Assembly (NCBI GenBank): GCA_044225365.1
Contig: JBGAIQ010000020.1
Span: 1-64,000 of the forward strand
Direction of reading: 5' to 3'
Origin: Planctomycetota bacterium
Lineage (GTDB): Bacteria; Planctomycetota; B15-G4; JADJEK01
Length of the DNA: 64,000 nucleotides
Positions 47,544 through 55,401 of the stretch are shown in pieces. The notes under the pieces were generated by a model. That model was given only the letters and a program-made list of their open reading frames with translations. It did no database searches and was not told the DNA's origin. The position numbers and the translations under genes were made by a program. Numbering within the stretch: the stretch's first letter is position 1; each line of letters starts with the position of its first letter.

Positions 47544-48563
47544 ATGCGGATTCGTTGGCGAACGTTCGAGTTGCCGAGCAAGGTCCTTCCCGAGAAGGAG
47601 AGCCTCACCTCCAATTTCGGACGCTTCTTCATCGAGCCCTTTGAAAAGGGCTTCGGCCACACGATTGGCAATGGCATTCGGCGCGTTCTGCTGTCCTCGA
47701 TCGAAGGCAGCGCGATCACGCATGCGAAGATCCAGAACGTCGTGCACGAGTTCAGCTCGGTACCGGGCGTCCTCGAGGACGTCACGGACATCGTGCTCAA
47801 TCTGAAGCAGGTGCGCGTCAAGATCGAAGGTGACGAGCCCGTCACGCTCAAGATCGATATGACCAAGAAGGGTCCGATCACCGCGGGCGACATCGTCTGC
47901 GATCAGCGCTCGGAAATCGTGAACTCCGACCTCGTGATCTGCACGCTTACCGAGAAGACGAATTTCCAGTGCGAGATGCGTGCCCAGAAGGGCCGCGGAT
48001 ACATGACGGCGGACGAGATCCGCACCGAGGACATGGAACTCGGCATCATTCCGCTCGACTGCATCTTCTCGCCGGTGAAGCGCGTGCGTTACAAGGTCGT
48101 GGACACCCGCGTCGGCAAGATCACGAACTACGACAAGCTCGTGCTCGAGATCTGGACCGATGGCACGGTGCGCCCGGAGCAGGCGCTCGTCGAAGCGGCG
48201 AAGGTCTACCGCAAGCATCTCAATCCGTTCGTGCACTACAGCGTGCCCGGCGAAGACGCGATCGTCGCCGAGTCGGCCGTGCTGGCGGACGAGGAGAAGG
48301 AACAGGAACTCGCCCGGCTGCGCGAACTGCTCGGCAAGCCGATCGAGGAACTCGACCTCTCCGTTCGCGCCCGCAACTGTCTCGACGCCGAGAATCTCCA
48401 GTCGGTCGGCGAACTCGTCCGGAAGACCGAGGCGGATCTCCTCCGCATCAAGAACTTCGGCAAGACGTCGCTCAAGGAGATCAAGAAGAAGCTTCAGGAT
48501 CTCGGCCTCTCGCTCGGAATGGACCTGCCGGAAGGCGCGGTCCCGACCGAAGCGAAGGGTTGA
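47544..48563 (+). CDS. rpoA: RNA polymerase alpha subunit
   Basis: EPFEKGFGHTIGN, LSVRARNCL, KNFGKTSL; ATG 47544 after GGAG. Confidence 0.98.
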   Translation: MRIRWRTFELPSKVLPEKESLTSNFGRFFIEPFEKGFGHTIGNGIRRVLLSSIEGSAITHAKIQNVVHEFSSVPGVLEDVTDIVLNLKQVRVKIEGDEPVTLKIDMTKKGPITAGDIVCDQRSEIVNSDLVICTLTEKTNFQCEMRAQKGRGYMTADEIRTEDMELGIIPLDCIFSPVKRVRYKVVDTRVGKITNYDKLVLEIWTDGTVRPEQALVEAAKVYRKHLNPFVHYSVPGEDAIVAESAVLADEEKEQELARLRELLGKPIEELDLSVRARNCLDAENLQSVGELVRKTEADLLRIKNFGKTSLKEIKKKLQDLGLSLGMDLPEGAVPTEAKG

Positions 48564-48573
48564 CGTCGCACTC

Positions 48574-48666
48574 GGGCGCGCGCCGGCGCGCCCGACGTTG
48601 ATTTGCCTGGGGCGTACGACGGTGCGCCGGACGTTGATTTCCGTAGGGGCGCACGGCTGTGCGCCC
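48574..48666 (+). repeat. Tandem of three REP-like palindromes joined by a repeated GACGTTGATTT linker
   Basis: Linker at 48594-48604 and 48630-48640; the last unit GTAGGGGCGCACGGCTGTGCGCCC matches the copy at 27429. Confidence 0.8.
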
Positions 48667-48693
48667 GGCCTTTGATAGCAAAGAGAACCCGCC

Positions 48694-49119
48694 ATGGTCA
48701 GTCATCGGATGCTCGGTCGGAAGTTCGGCCGCAAGAGCAAGCATCGCATTGCGATGGGCCGCAACATCCTGAAGTCCCTCATCGAGCACGGCCGCATCAC
48801 GACGACTTTGCCGAAGGCGAAGGAATACAAGCCGCGCTGCGAGAAGGTCATCACGCTCGGTCGCGAGAAGACCCTTCACAACATCCGCGAAGTTGCCCGC
48901 CGGCTGAACAACGACCGCACGCTCGTGAAGAAGCTGTTCGACGAGATCGGACCGCGCTTCAAGGACCGGGCGGGCGGATACCTTCGTATTCGCAAGCTCT
49001 CGAAGCCGCGCCTCAACGACAACGCACCGCGCGCGATCCTCGAGTTCGTCGATTACGTTCCGGCCGCCCCGGCCGCTCCGGCGGACGCCGCCACCGAGGC
49101 AACCCCGGCGAGCCCCTGA
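48694..49119 (+). CDS. rplQ: 50S ribosomal protein L17
   Basis: RITTTLPKAKE, R-x-GGYLRI. Confidence 0.97.
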   Translation: MVSHRMLGRKFGRKSKHRIAMGRNILKSLIEHGRITTTLPKAKEYKPRCEKVITLGREKTLHNIREVARRLNNDRTLVKKLFDEIGPRFKDRAGGYLRIRKLSKPRLNDNAPRAILEFVDYVPAAPAAPADAATEATPASP

Positions 49120-49209
49120 GCTCGCGCGACTCGACAGGCACTCCCGACCATCGACGGGGGTTGCAGGGCCCGATGCCTCGCACGAGGCGCCGGGCCCTTG
49201 CCGTTCTTC

Positions 49210-49425
49210 GGACCGCCGGGCTCTGCCCGGCATCTTCTTGAAGCCGCCAGGCCGGACCGCCGGGCTCTGCCCGGCATCTTCGGACTTCGGGAATGTACCA
49301 CCCTGGATCGGACAGCACGTCGGGCGCGCCCGGGGAGCTCCGTTCGGCTCCGCGCGCGGAGGACCGCGCATGCTTCGCGAACGGACTCCCCGATGCGCTT
49401 GGACCGCCGGGCTCTGCCCGGCATC
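49210..49425. repeat. Three exact 25-nt palindromic repeats (49210, 49254, 49401) plus one ~60-nt hairpin element (49332-49391)
   Basis: GGACCGCCGGGCTCTGCCCGGCATC x3; spacers of 19 and 122 nt. Confidence 0.9.
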
Positions 49426-49606
49426 CGCTCGGAGTCGCAGATGTCCAGAGATCCCTGTCGCGTCGGTGCACGAACGGCCTAAATGACCGTTCACGATTCG
49501 GCCCGGCCTCCGACCGTTCGAGCCGCGCATGCATCGTCGGACCTCCTCACCGACTCTTCTCGTTGTCCTCGTGAGAGGTGCCGGGCCTGTTGGGTGTTCG
49601 TGGGTC

Positions 49607-51268
49607 TCACTTGGTCCGCGGCACTCGGAGCTCGCAGTTCGCAATTCGCTTCGTCGCATCGACGGTCAGCTCCGTCATCCGCACGGCTTCGCCGCTCGGA
49701 AGGATCAGATCGATCTTGTACGCGCCCGGCCGCAGGTTCTTGAACGTGAAGCACTGCTGCGTGACTCCGCCGACGTCTTCGGTCTCCGTCGTTCGCTCAC
49801 TGGAGCTTCGGTACATCTCGTGATCGATGCGCACCCGTGCGGAGTCCCCCAGCGGATTCCCCTTCTCGTCGCGCACGACACCGTGAATGGAGCATCCCGG
49901 CTGCAGGACGATCGGAATGGGCGGACTCGGAACCGTGACTCGCAGATTCGGCTCGTCAAAGGTGCCGTAGTGCGCGAACTCGCTCCGCTTCACCTGGCGA
50001 ACGTCGATGCCGACCCAATACGTGCCCCGTGAGAGACCCTTGAACGTGACGGCTCCCGCAGGATCGCTACGGCCGTTCTTCCGCGCCACGATCTGATTGT
50101 CGTCGAGTTGGTTGCAGAACACGAAAACTCCCTCGACCGCTTCGCCCTGAACGTCGACGAAGTCGAATCGCAAGGACTCCGACCCCGCGGCGAGCGGCAG
50201 TAAAACGTCGGATTCGCTCCCCGGCGTCACCGTCGCGGCCGGAATCGCGACCTGCGCGAACGCGCATCCCGAATCGAGCTCGGCGGCGAAAGAGTACTTT
50301 CCGCTCGCGAGCACGACCGCGATTCCCGCGTCTGCCTTGAATGCGCTGGCATCCGCGTCGACCCAGGACTTGTTCCTGTTCGAATTCGGATCATCGGGAG
50401 ATCCGCGGATCGTGACGACGAGGCGTCCGCGGATTTCGAGCTGCGGATCCACATGCAGTCGGACGACGCCTCCTCGCGGGACGACGACGCGCTCGTAGGC
50501 GACTCGACCCCGCACGAGTTGGACCTGACCCCGCGATGTCGTTTCCGAATGCCGTTTGTTTCGGTCCGGATCCGTGCGGACCTCGAATCTGCACCCGCGG
50601 GCCTCGAGGTGGTCGAATTCGACATGTCCGAGGTCGTCCGTGCGCTTCTTCTCCTCCGAGGACATCGTCGCGGTGACCTCGCAATTCGAAATGGGCTGGC
50701 CGGCGTCATCGACGACGTCGATCGCGAGCGTCGATGCGCGCTGCCTCATGAGAAGACGGAGCGAGACCTTCTCCTGGCCCACGATCTCGAAGTCTTCGAC
50801 ACCCTGGCCGAACGTATCGAGCGAAGCGCCGTGGGAATTCGCGATCGCGGCGAAGAGTCCCTGGGGAAGGGTGAACATCGCGGCGCCGTGCGAATCGCTC
50901 TTCTGTTTCAGGAAGCCGTCGGGAAACGAAATCACCGGCTCGTTCGTGCGCGGGAAGATCTTCACCTCGACGTCTCGCAGCGGGCGCTGGTCCTCGTCGA
51001 CGACCTCGAAGATCGCATTGACCTGGGCGTCCCCGACCTCAGTCGTGTCGCGCACGACCTCCGTCTCCGCGACCTGAGGCGGAGGTTCGAGGCGAGTCGA
51101 CTCCGGCGCCCTCGCCACGCTCTTCGTCGGGCCATCGCCGACGGCATGGGCCGCCATGGCGGAATCCGTATCCGAGGATCTCATGGCGAGCAGGATCGCG
51201 ACGATCCCGACGCAAAGCACGATCCCCCCGACGATGAGCCCGCTGCGAACCTTCACGGCATCTCCCAA
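49607..51268 (-). CDS. Membrane-anchored protein with carboxypeptidase-regulatory-like (prealbumin-fold) repeats
   Basis: N-terminal TM; repeated V-x-D-x-x-G-x-P...(T/S)D-x-x-G-x-x-x-F-x-x-L-x-x-G-x-Y units. Confidence 0.75.
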   Translation of the reverse strand: MGDAVKVRSGLIVGGIVLCVGIVAILLAMRSSDTDSAMAAHAVGDGPTKSVARAPESTRLEPPPQVAETEVVRDTTEVGDAQVNAIFEVVDEDQRPLRDVEVKIFPRTNEPVISFPDGFLKQKSDSHGAAMFTLPQGLFAAIANSHGASLDTFGQGVEDFEIVGQEKVSLRLLMRQRASTLAIDVVDDAGQPISNCEVTATMSSEEKKRTDDLGHVEFDHLEARGCRFEVRTDPDRNKRHSETTSRGQVQLVRGRVAYERVVVPRGGVVRLHVDPQLEIRGRLVVTIRGSPDDPNSNRNKSWVDADASAFKADAGIAVVLASGKYSFAAELDSGCAFAQVAIPAATVTPGSESDVLLPLAAGSESLRFDFVDVQGEAVEGVFVFCNQLDDNQIVARKNGRSDPAGAVTFKGLSRGTYWVGIDVRQVKRSEFAHYGTFDEPNLRVTVPSPPIPIVLQPGCSIHGVVRDEKGNPLGDSARVRIDHEMYRSSSERTTETEDVGGVTQQCFTFKNLRPGAYKIDLILPSGEAVRMTELTVDATKRIANCELRVPRTK

Positions 51269-51409
51269 CGATGACTACGGCGGAATCCTAAACCGAAACA
51301 TTGTCGGCGTCGCACTTCGTCTCCGCCTCCCGGGAATCCTGCAACGATTCGAGGTCGCGATCGAGAACCGGGATGTCGTTTCTTCCCGAACCGCATCCTG
51401 GAGCCAGCC

Positions 51410-52645
51410 ATGATCCTTCGCACCGACCTCAACGGTTTCGTTCGTCCCACGTCGATCCGCGGCACCGCGCCGCTGTTCGTTCCTCCCAAGAGCGCTTTCG
51501 GTCCCGATGGACCGATCGGGCGCGTTTCTCAGCCGCTGACGGGCCCGTTCGAGCCTTCGGAGGACTGGAGCATGGTGCCGCGCCTCGATCAGGGAAGCCA
51601 GAATTCGTGCGGCACCACTAGCCTCGCGATGATGCTCACGTTCCTCACGGGCAAGCCGTTCACGACGGCGGAGATCGACAAGCAGATCCGCCGCCTCAAT
51701 TCGTTCGGAACCGCGCCCGCCGACTTGAAGCGCTTCGCCGAGGACCAGGGCATCCCGTGCGCGATGCTGAACAACTCCTCGATCTCCGAGCTGAAGGACC
51801 AGATTGCGCAAGGCCGCGGCGTGATGGTGTCGCTCGACGACCCGTACAGCAACGGCAGCGACGGAGGATTCAAGGACCACTACGTCTGCGTCACCGGCTT
51901 CGAGATGAAGAACGGCAAGGAGTACGTGAAGATCCGCGACCCGAACGGCGACGACAATCCGAACGCCACGAAGTTCGGCGGCAACGGCGACTACTCGATG
52001 CCGATCGAGGAGTTCGAGAAGAAGTGGGGCAAGACGACCGACGGCTACAACAACTTCATGATGGTCTTCGGCCATCCGGGAGAGGATTTGCCTGCCGATC
52101 GCCTCGACGGGATGGAGGCCTCGGTCGACATGGCGTCGGCCTACTGGAATCTCGCGAACAACGTCGACCGGATCTTCTCGCCCGACGATGTCGGATCGTT
52201 CGCGCATGGCGTCATCGGCGGTCTCGGCGCGGCCGGCACGATCCTTCCGACGGCGATCGGTTGGGGCGTGAACTGGCTCGGGACGCAGGTCCACGACTTC
52301 GCGAAGAAGCTGCCATTCCCGCTGAGCGGCGTCGGCATCGCGCTCGCGACGCCCTTCCAAGCGGTCGGCACCGCGATCGCGGACATCAGTGCCGGTTTCT
52401 CGAATGCCGGCGATCGCCTCGGCGGCGCGTTCGAGTCGCTGTTCCACGGTGACTTCAAGGGCTTCGGCACCGGCCTCTTCAACGCCGGCAAAGAAGTCGT
52501 GAAGGGCGTCGTCAACGGTGTGGTCGACGCCGGCAAGGCGGTCGTCAACGGCGCGAAGGACATCGCGGAGGGCGCAGTGAACGCGGTGAAGGACGTCGGC
52601 AGCGCGATCGGCGACGGCGTCAAGAAGATCTTCTCGGGCTGGTGA
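51410..52645 (+). CDS. C39-like (papain-fold) cysteine peptidase fused to a Gly-rich hydrophobic/amphipathic C-terminus
   Basis: Q-x5-CG-x-x-SLAM (Cys), HYVCVTG (His), IRDP (Asp), EEFEKKW; GGAG SD. Confidence 0.78.
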   Translation: MILRTDLNGFVRPTSIRGTAPLFVPPKSAFGPDGPIGRVSQPLTGPFEPSEDWSMVPRLDQGSQNSCGTTSLAMMLTFLTGKPFTTAEIDKQIRRLNSFGTAPADLKRFAEDQGIPCAMLNNSSISELKDQIAQGRGVMVSLDDPYSNGSDGGFKDHYVCVTGFEMKNGKEYVKIRDPNGDDNPNATKFGGNGDYSMPIEEFEKKWGKTTDGYNNFMMVFGHPGEDLPADRLDGMEASVDMASAYWNLANNVDRIFSPDDVGSFAHGVIGGLGAAGTILPTAIGWGVNWLGTQVHDFAKKLPFPLSGVGIALATPFQAVGTAIADISAGFSNAGDRLGGAFESLFHGDFKGFGTGLFNAGKEVVKGVVNGVVDAGKAVVNGAKDIAEGAVNAVKDVGSAIGDGVKKIFSGW

Positions 52646-52724
52646 GCCCGATCAACGAGTCCTCGATCGCGATCATCTTCGTTCGAACGCCGGGCCGGCC
52701 CTTCATGGGACGGCCCGGCGGCGT

Positions 52725-52737
52725 TAGTGTTGCGGGC
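52725..52737 (+). promoter_or_regulatory. Possible -10 box of a leaderless transcript
   Basis: TAGTGT ends 7 nt before ATG 52738; no SD; GC hairpin at about 52688-52720. Confidence 0.4.
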
Positions 52738-53958
52738 ATGAAGCATGTCGTCTTCGTGATCCCGTACCTGTTCGAAACGTCGCTCCGGTTCCTGCGCAGC
52801 ACGCTGAAGCTGCCCGGAGTCGCGGTCACTGCGATCAGCTCCGACCCGCTCGAGAAGTTCGATGCGGACGTGCGCGAGGGGCTTGTCGGCTTCTGGAAGG
52901 TCCAAGACGCGCTCGATGCGCGGCAACTCGTCGAAGCGACGCGCGGACTGTCTCAGAAGTACGGCCCGGCCGATCAACTCATCGGTGTGCTCGAGCAATT
53001 GCAGGTGCCGCTCGCGGAGGCGCGTGCGGCGCTGTCGCTTCCCGGCATCTCGGTCGAAGCAGCGCACAACTTCCGCGACAAGTCGCGGATGAAGGACGTG
53101 CTCCGGGCGCACGGATTGCCCTGCGCGCGACACCAGCTCGCGACGAGCCTCGATGAAGTGCGACGCTTCATGAGCGAAGTCGGGTACCCGGTCGTCATGA
53201 AGCCGCAGGCCGGCGCCGGCGCGGTCAACACCTTCCGCATCGACAGGGAAGAGCAACTCGCGCAGATCCTCGCGCAGTTCCCACCGAATCCGAGCAAGCC
53301 CATGCTGCTCGAGGAGTTCATTCTTGGCGAGGAGCATTCGTTCGACTCGGTGTTCATCGGCGGGCGACCGGTGTGGCATAGCATCAGCCGCTACTCGCCC
53401 GGGCCGCTCACGGTGATGCAGAACGACTGGATCCAGTGGACGGTGCTCCTGCCGCGGCGGGTCGACGGTCCGGAGTACGATCCGATCCGCAAGGCGGCGA
53501 TCCCCGCGCTCCACGCCCTTGGCATGACGACCGGCCTCTCGCACATGGAGTGGTTCCGGAGGAAGGACGGGACCGTCGCGATCTCCGAGGTCGGGGCGCG
53601 ACCGCCGGGCGCGCAGTTCGTGTCGCTCATGAGCTGGGCGCACGACACCGACATGTACAGCGCGTGGGCCCGCCTCATGGTCGAGGGACGCTTCGATCCG
53701 CCGGAGCGCAAGTACGCCGCGGGAGCGGCTTATCTGCGCGGACAAGGCCGCGGCAGTGTGGCCGCGATCCACGGGCTCGACGAAGCGCAGCGCCAGCTCG
53801 GCAGCCTCGTCGTCGAAGTGAAGCTGCCGAAGGAAGGGCAGGCCAAGGCGGCAAGCTATGAGGGCGAGGGCTACGCGATCCTGCGGCACCCCGATACCGA
53901 AGTCGTGGCGCAAGGCCTGAAGCGCCTCATCGAGACCGTGCGCGTGGAGATGCGATGA
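52738..53958 (+). CDS. ATP-grasp domain protein
   Basis: FRDKSRMK, GYPVVMKP-x-x-GAG, EEFI-x-G-x-E, HMEW, EVGARPPG. Confidence 0.9.
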   Translation: MKHVVFVIPYLFETSLRFLRSTLKLPGVAVTAISSDPLEKFDADVREGLVGFWKVQDALDARQLVEATRGLSQKYGPADQLIGVLEQLQVPLAEARAALSLPGISVEAAHNFRDKSRMKDVLRAHGLPCARHQLATSLDEVRRFMSEVGYPVVMKPQAGAGAVNTFRIDREEQLAQILAQFPPNPSKPMLLEEFILGEEHSFDSVFIGGRPVWHSISRYSPGPLTVMQNDWIQWTVLLPRRVDGPEYDPIRKAAIPALHALGMTTGLSHMEWFRRKDGTVAISEVGARPPGAQFVSLMSWAHDTDMYSAWARLMVEGRFDPPERKYAAGAAYLRGQGRGSVAAIHGLDEAQRQLGSLVVEVKLPKEGQAKAASYEGEGYAILRHPDTEVVAQGLKRLIETVRVEMR

Positions 53959-55181
53959 GGGTGCTCTTCCTGTCGCCGGGTTTTCCCGACGAGATGACGC
54001 TGTTCGCCGAGGGACTCGCGGAGCTCGGAGTGCAGGTGTTCGGCGTGGGGGAGCAGCCGCTCCATTCGCTGTCGAAGCGTTGTCAGCGCGCGCTCAGTGC
54101 CTACTTCCAGGTGCGCTCGATGTTCGACGAGCGCGCCGTCGTCGAGGAGATCGCGAACGCGTCGAGTCGTCACGGATTGCAATTCGATCGCGTCGAATCG
54201 GTTTGGGAACCGCTCGTCGTGCTCGCCGCCAGATTGCGCGAGGCGTTGAACGTCCCCGGGATGTCGGTCGCCACCGTTTCGGCGTTTCGCGACAAGGAGC
54301 TGATGAAGGACAAGCTCGAGCGAGCGGGCATTCGCGTGCCGAAACATCGCCGCGCGACCTCCGGCCAGGAGATCGAGGAAGCCGCGGAAGCGATCGGTTT
54401 CCCGATCATCGTGAAACCGATCGCGGGAGCGGGATCAGCCGATACGCATCGCGTCAACGACTCGACCGAACTGGCCGTCGCGATCCAACTCACGCAACAC
54501 GTGCGTGAATTCTCGGTCGAGGAGTTCATCGACGGCGAGGAATACACCTTCGATACGATTTGCGCGGGCGGCAAGCCGCTGTATTTCAATCACTCGTGGT
54601 ACCGCCCTCGCCCCCTGATTCAGCGGACCGTGGAGTGGATCTCGCCCCAGACCATGGCGCTGCGCGACGTCGATGCGACGCACCTCGTTCGCGGCCGCGA
54701 GATGGGTCTCGCCGTGCTGAAGGCCCTGTCGTTCGACTCCGGCTTCACGCACATGGAATGGTATCTGAAGAGCGATGGCGAGGTCGTTTTCGGCGAGATC
54801 GGCGCGCGCGCACCCGGGGCTCGCTCGGTCGACATCATGAACTACTCCTGCGACGCGGACTTCTTCCGCGGCTGGGGCGAGGCGGTTTGTTTCGGAACGC
54901 TGCGCGAGAAATGGGAGCGCCGCTACAACGCCGCGATCGTGTTCAAACGCGCTTTCGGCGAGGGCAAGATCCGCAAGATCGAGGGCCTGGAGACCTTCCT
55001 CGCTCACTACGGTCAGAACGTCACGACCGTCGATCTGCTCCCGGTCGGCGCCCACCGCCGCAACTGGAAGCACACCCTGTTGTCGGATGGATACCTGATC
55101 GTCCGGCATCCCGACCTCCAGGAGTGCATGGACCTCGCGGATCGCGTAGGGACGGACATCCGTATCGAGGCTGCATCGTGA
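53955..55181 (+). CDS. ATP-grasp domain protein (paralog)
   Basis: FRDKELMK, GFPIIVKPIAGAGS, EEFIDGEE, HMEW, EIGARAPG; ATGA overlap. Confidence 0.9.
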   Translation: MRVLFLSPGFPDEMTLFAEGLAELGVQVFGVGEQPLHSLSKRCQRALSAYFQVRSMFDERAVVEEIANASSRHGLQFDRVESVWEPLVVLAARLREALNVPGMSVATVSAFRDKELMKDKLERAGIRVPKHRRATSGQEIEEAAEAIGFPIIVKPIAGAGSADTHRVNDSTELAVAIQLTQHVREFSVEEFIDGEEYTFDTICAGGKPLYFNHSWYRPRPLIQRTVEWISPQTMALRDVDATHLVRGREMGLAVLKALSFDSGFTHMEWYLKSDGEVVFGEIGARAPGARSVDIMNYSCDADFFRGWGEAVCFGTLREKWERRYNAAIVFKRAFGEGKIRKIEGLETFLAHYGQNVTTVDLLPVGAHRRNWKHTLLSDGYLIVRHPDLQECMDLADRVGTDIRIEAAS

Positions 55182-55401
55182 TCTTCAATGTTCCCTGATT
55201 CCGTCGCGAAAAGGGAACATTCCGAATCGTCGATCCCTCAAACCTGCGCCGTCACCGTCCGACGCGGTGGCGATCCTACGTAGCGAGCCCTAATACGGGA
55301 CCGGGATCGTAGGTTCTAACCCAGATCGAGTGCGTGGAAAGCGTGGATCGCGCAGTGGCGGCGCGTTCTCGCAAGCACAGCTACGTCCACAAGTAGAACA
55401 A

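Noticed and set aside
49210-49425. Three identical 25-nt palindromic repeats as a CRISPR array
   Set aside because: Spacers are 19 and 122 nt, the long one is itself a repeat element, and there are no cas genes; REP-like instead
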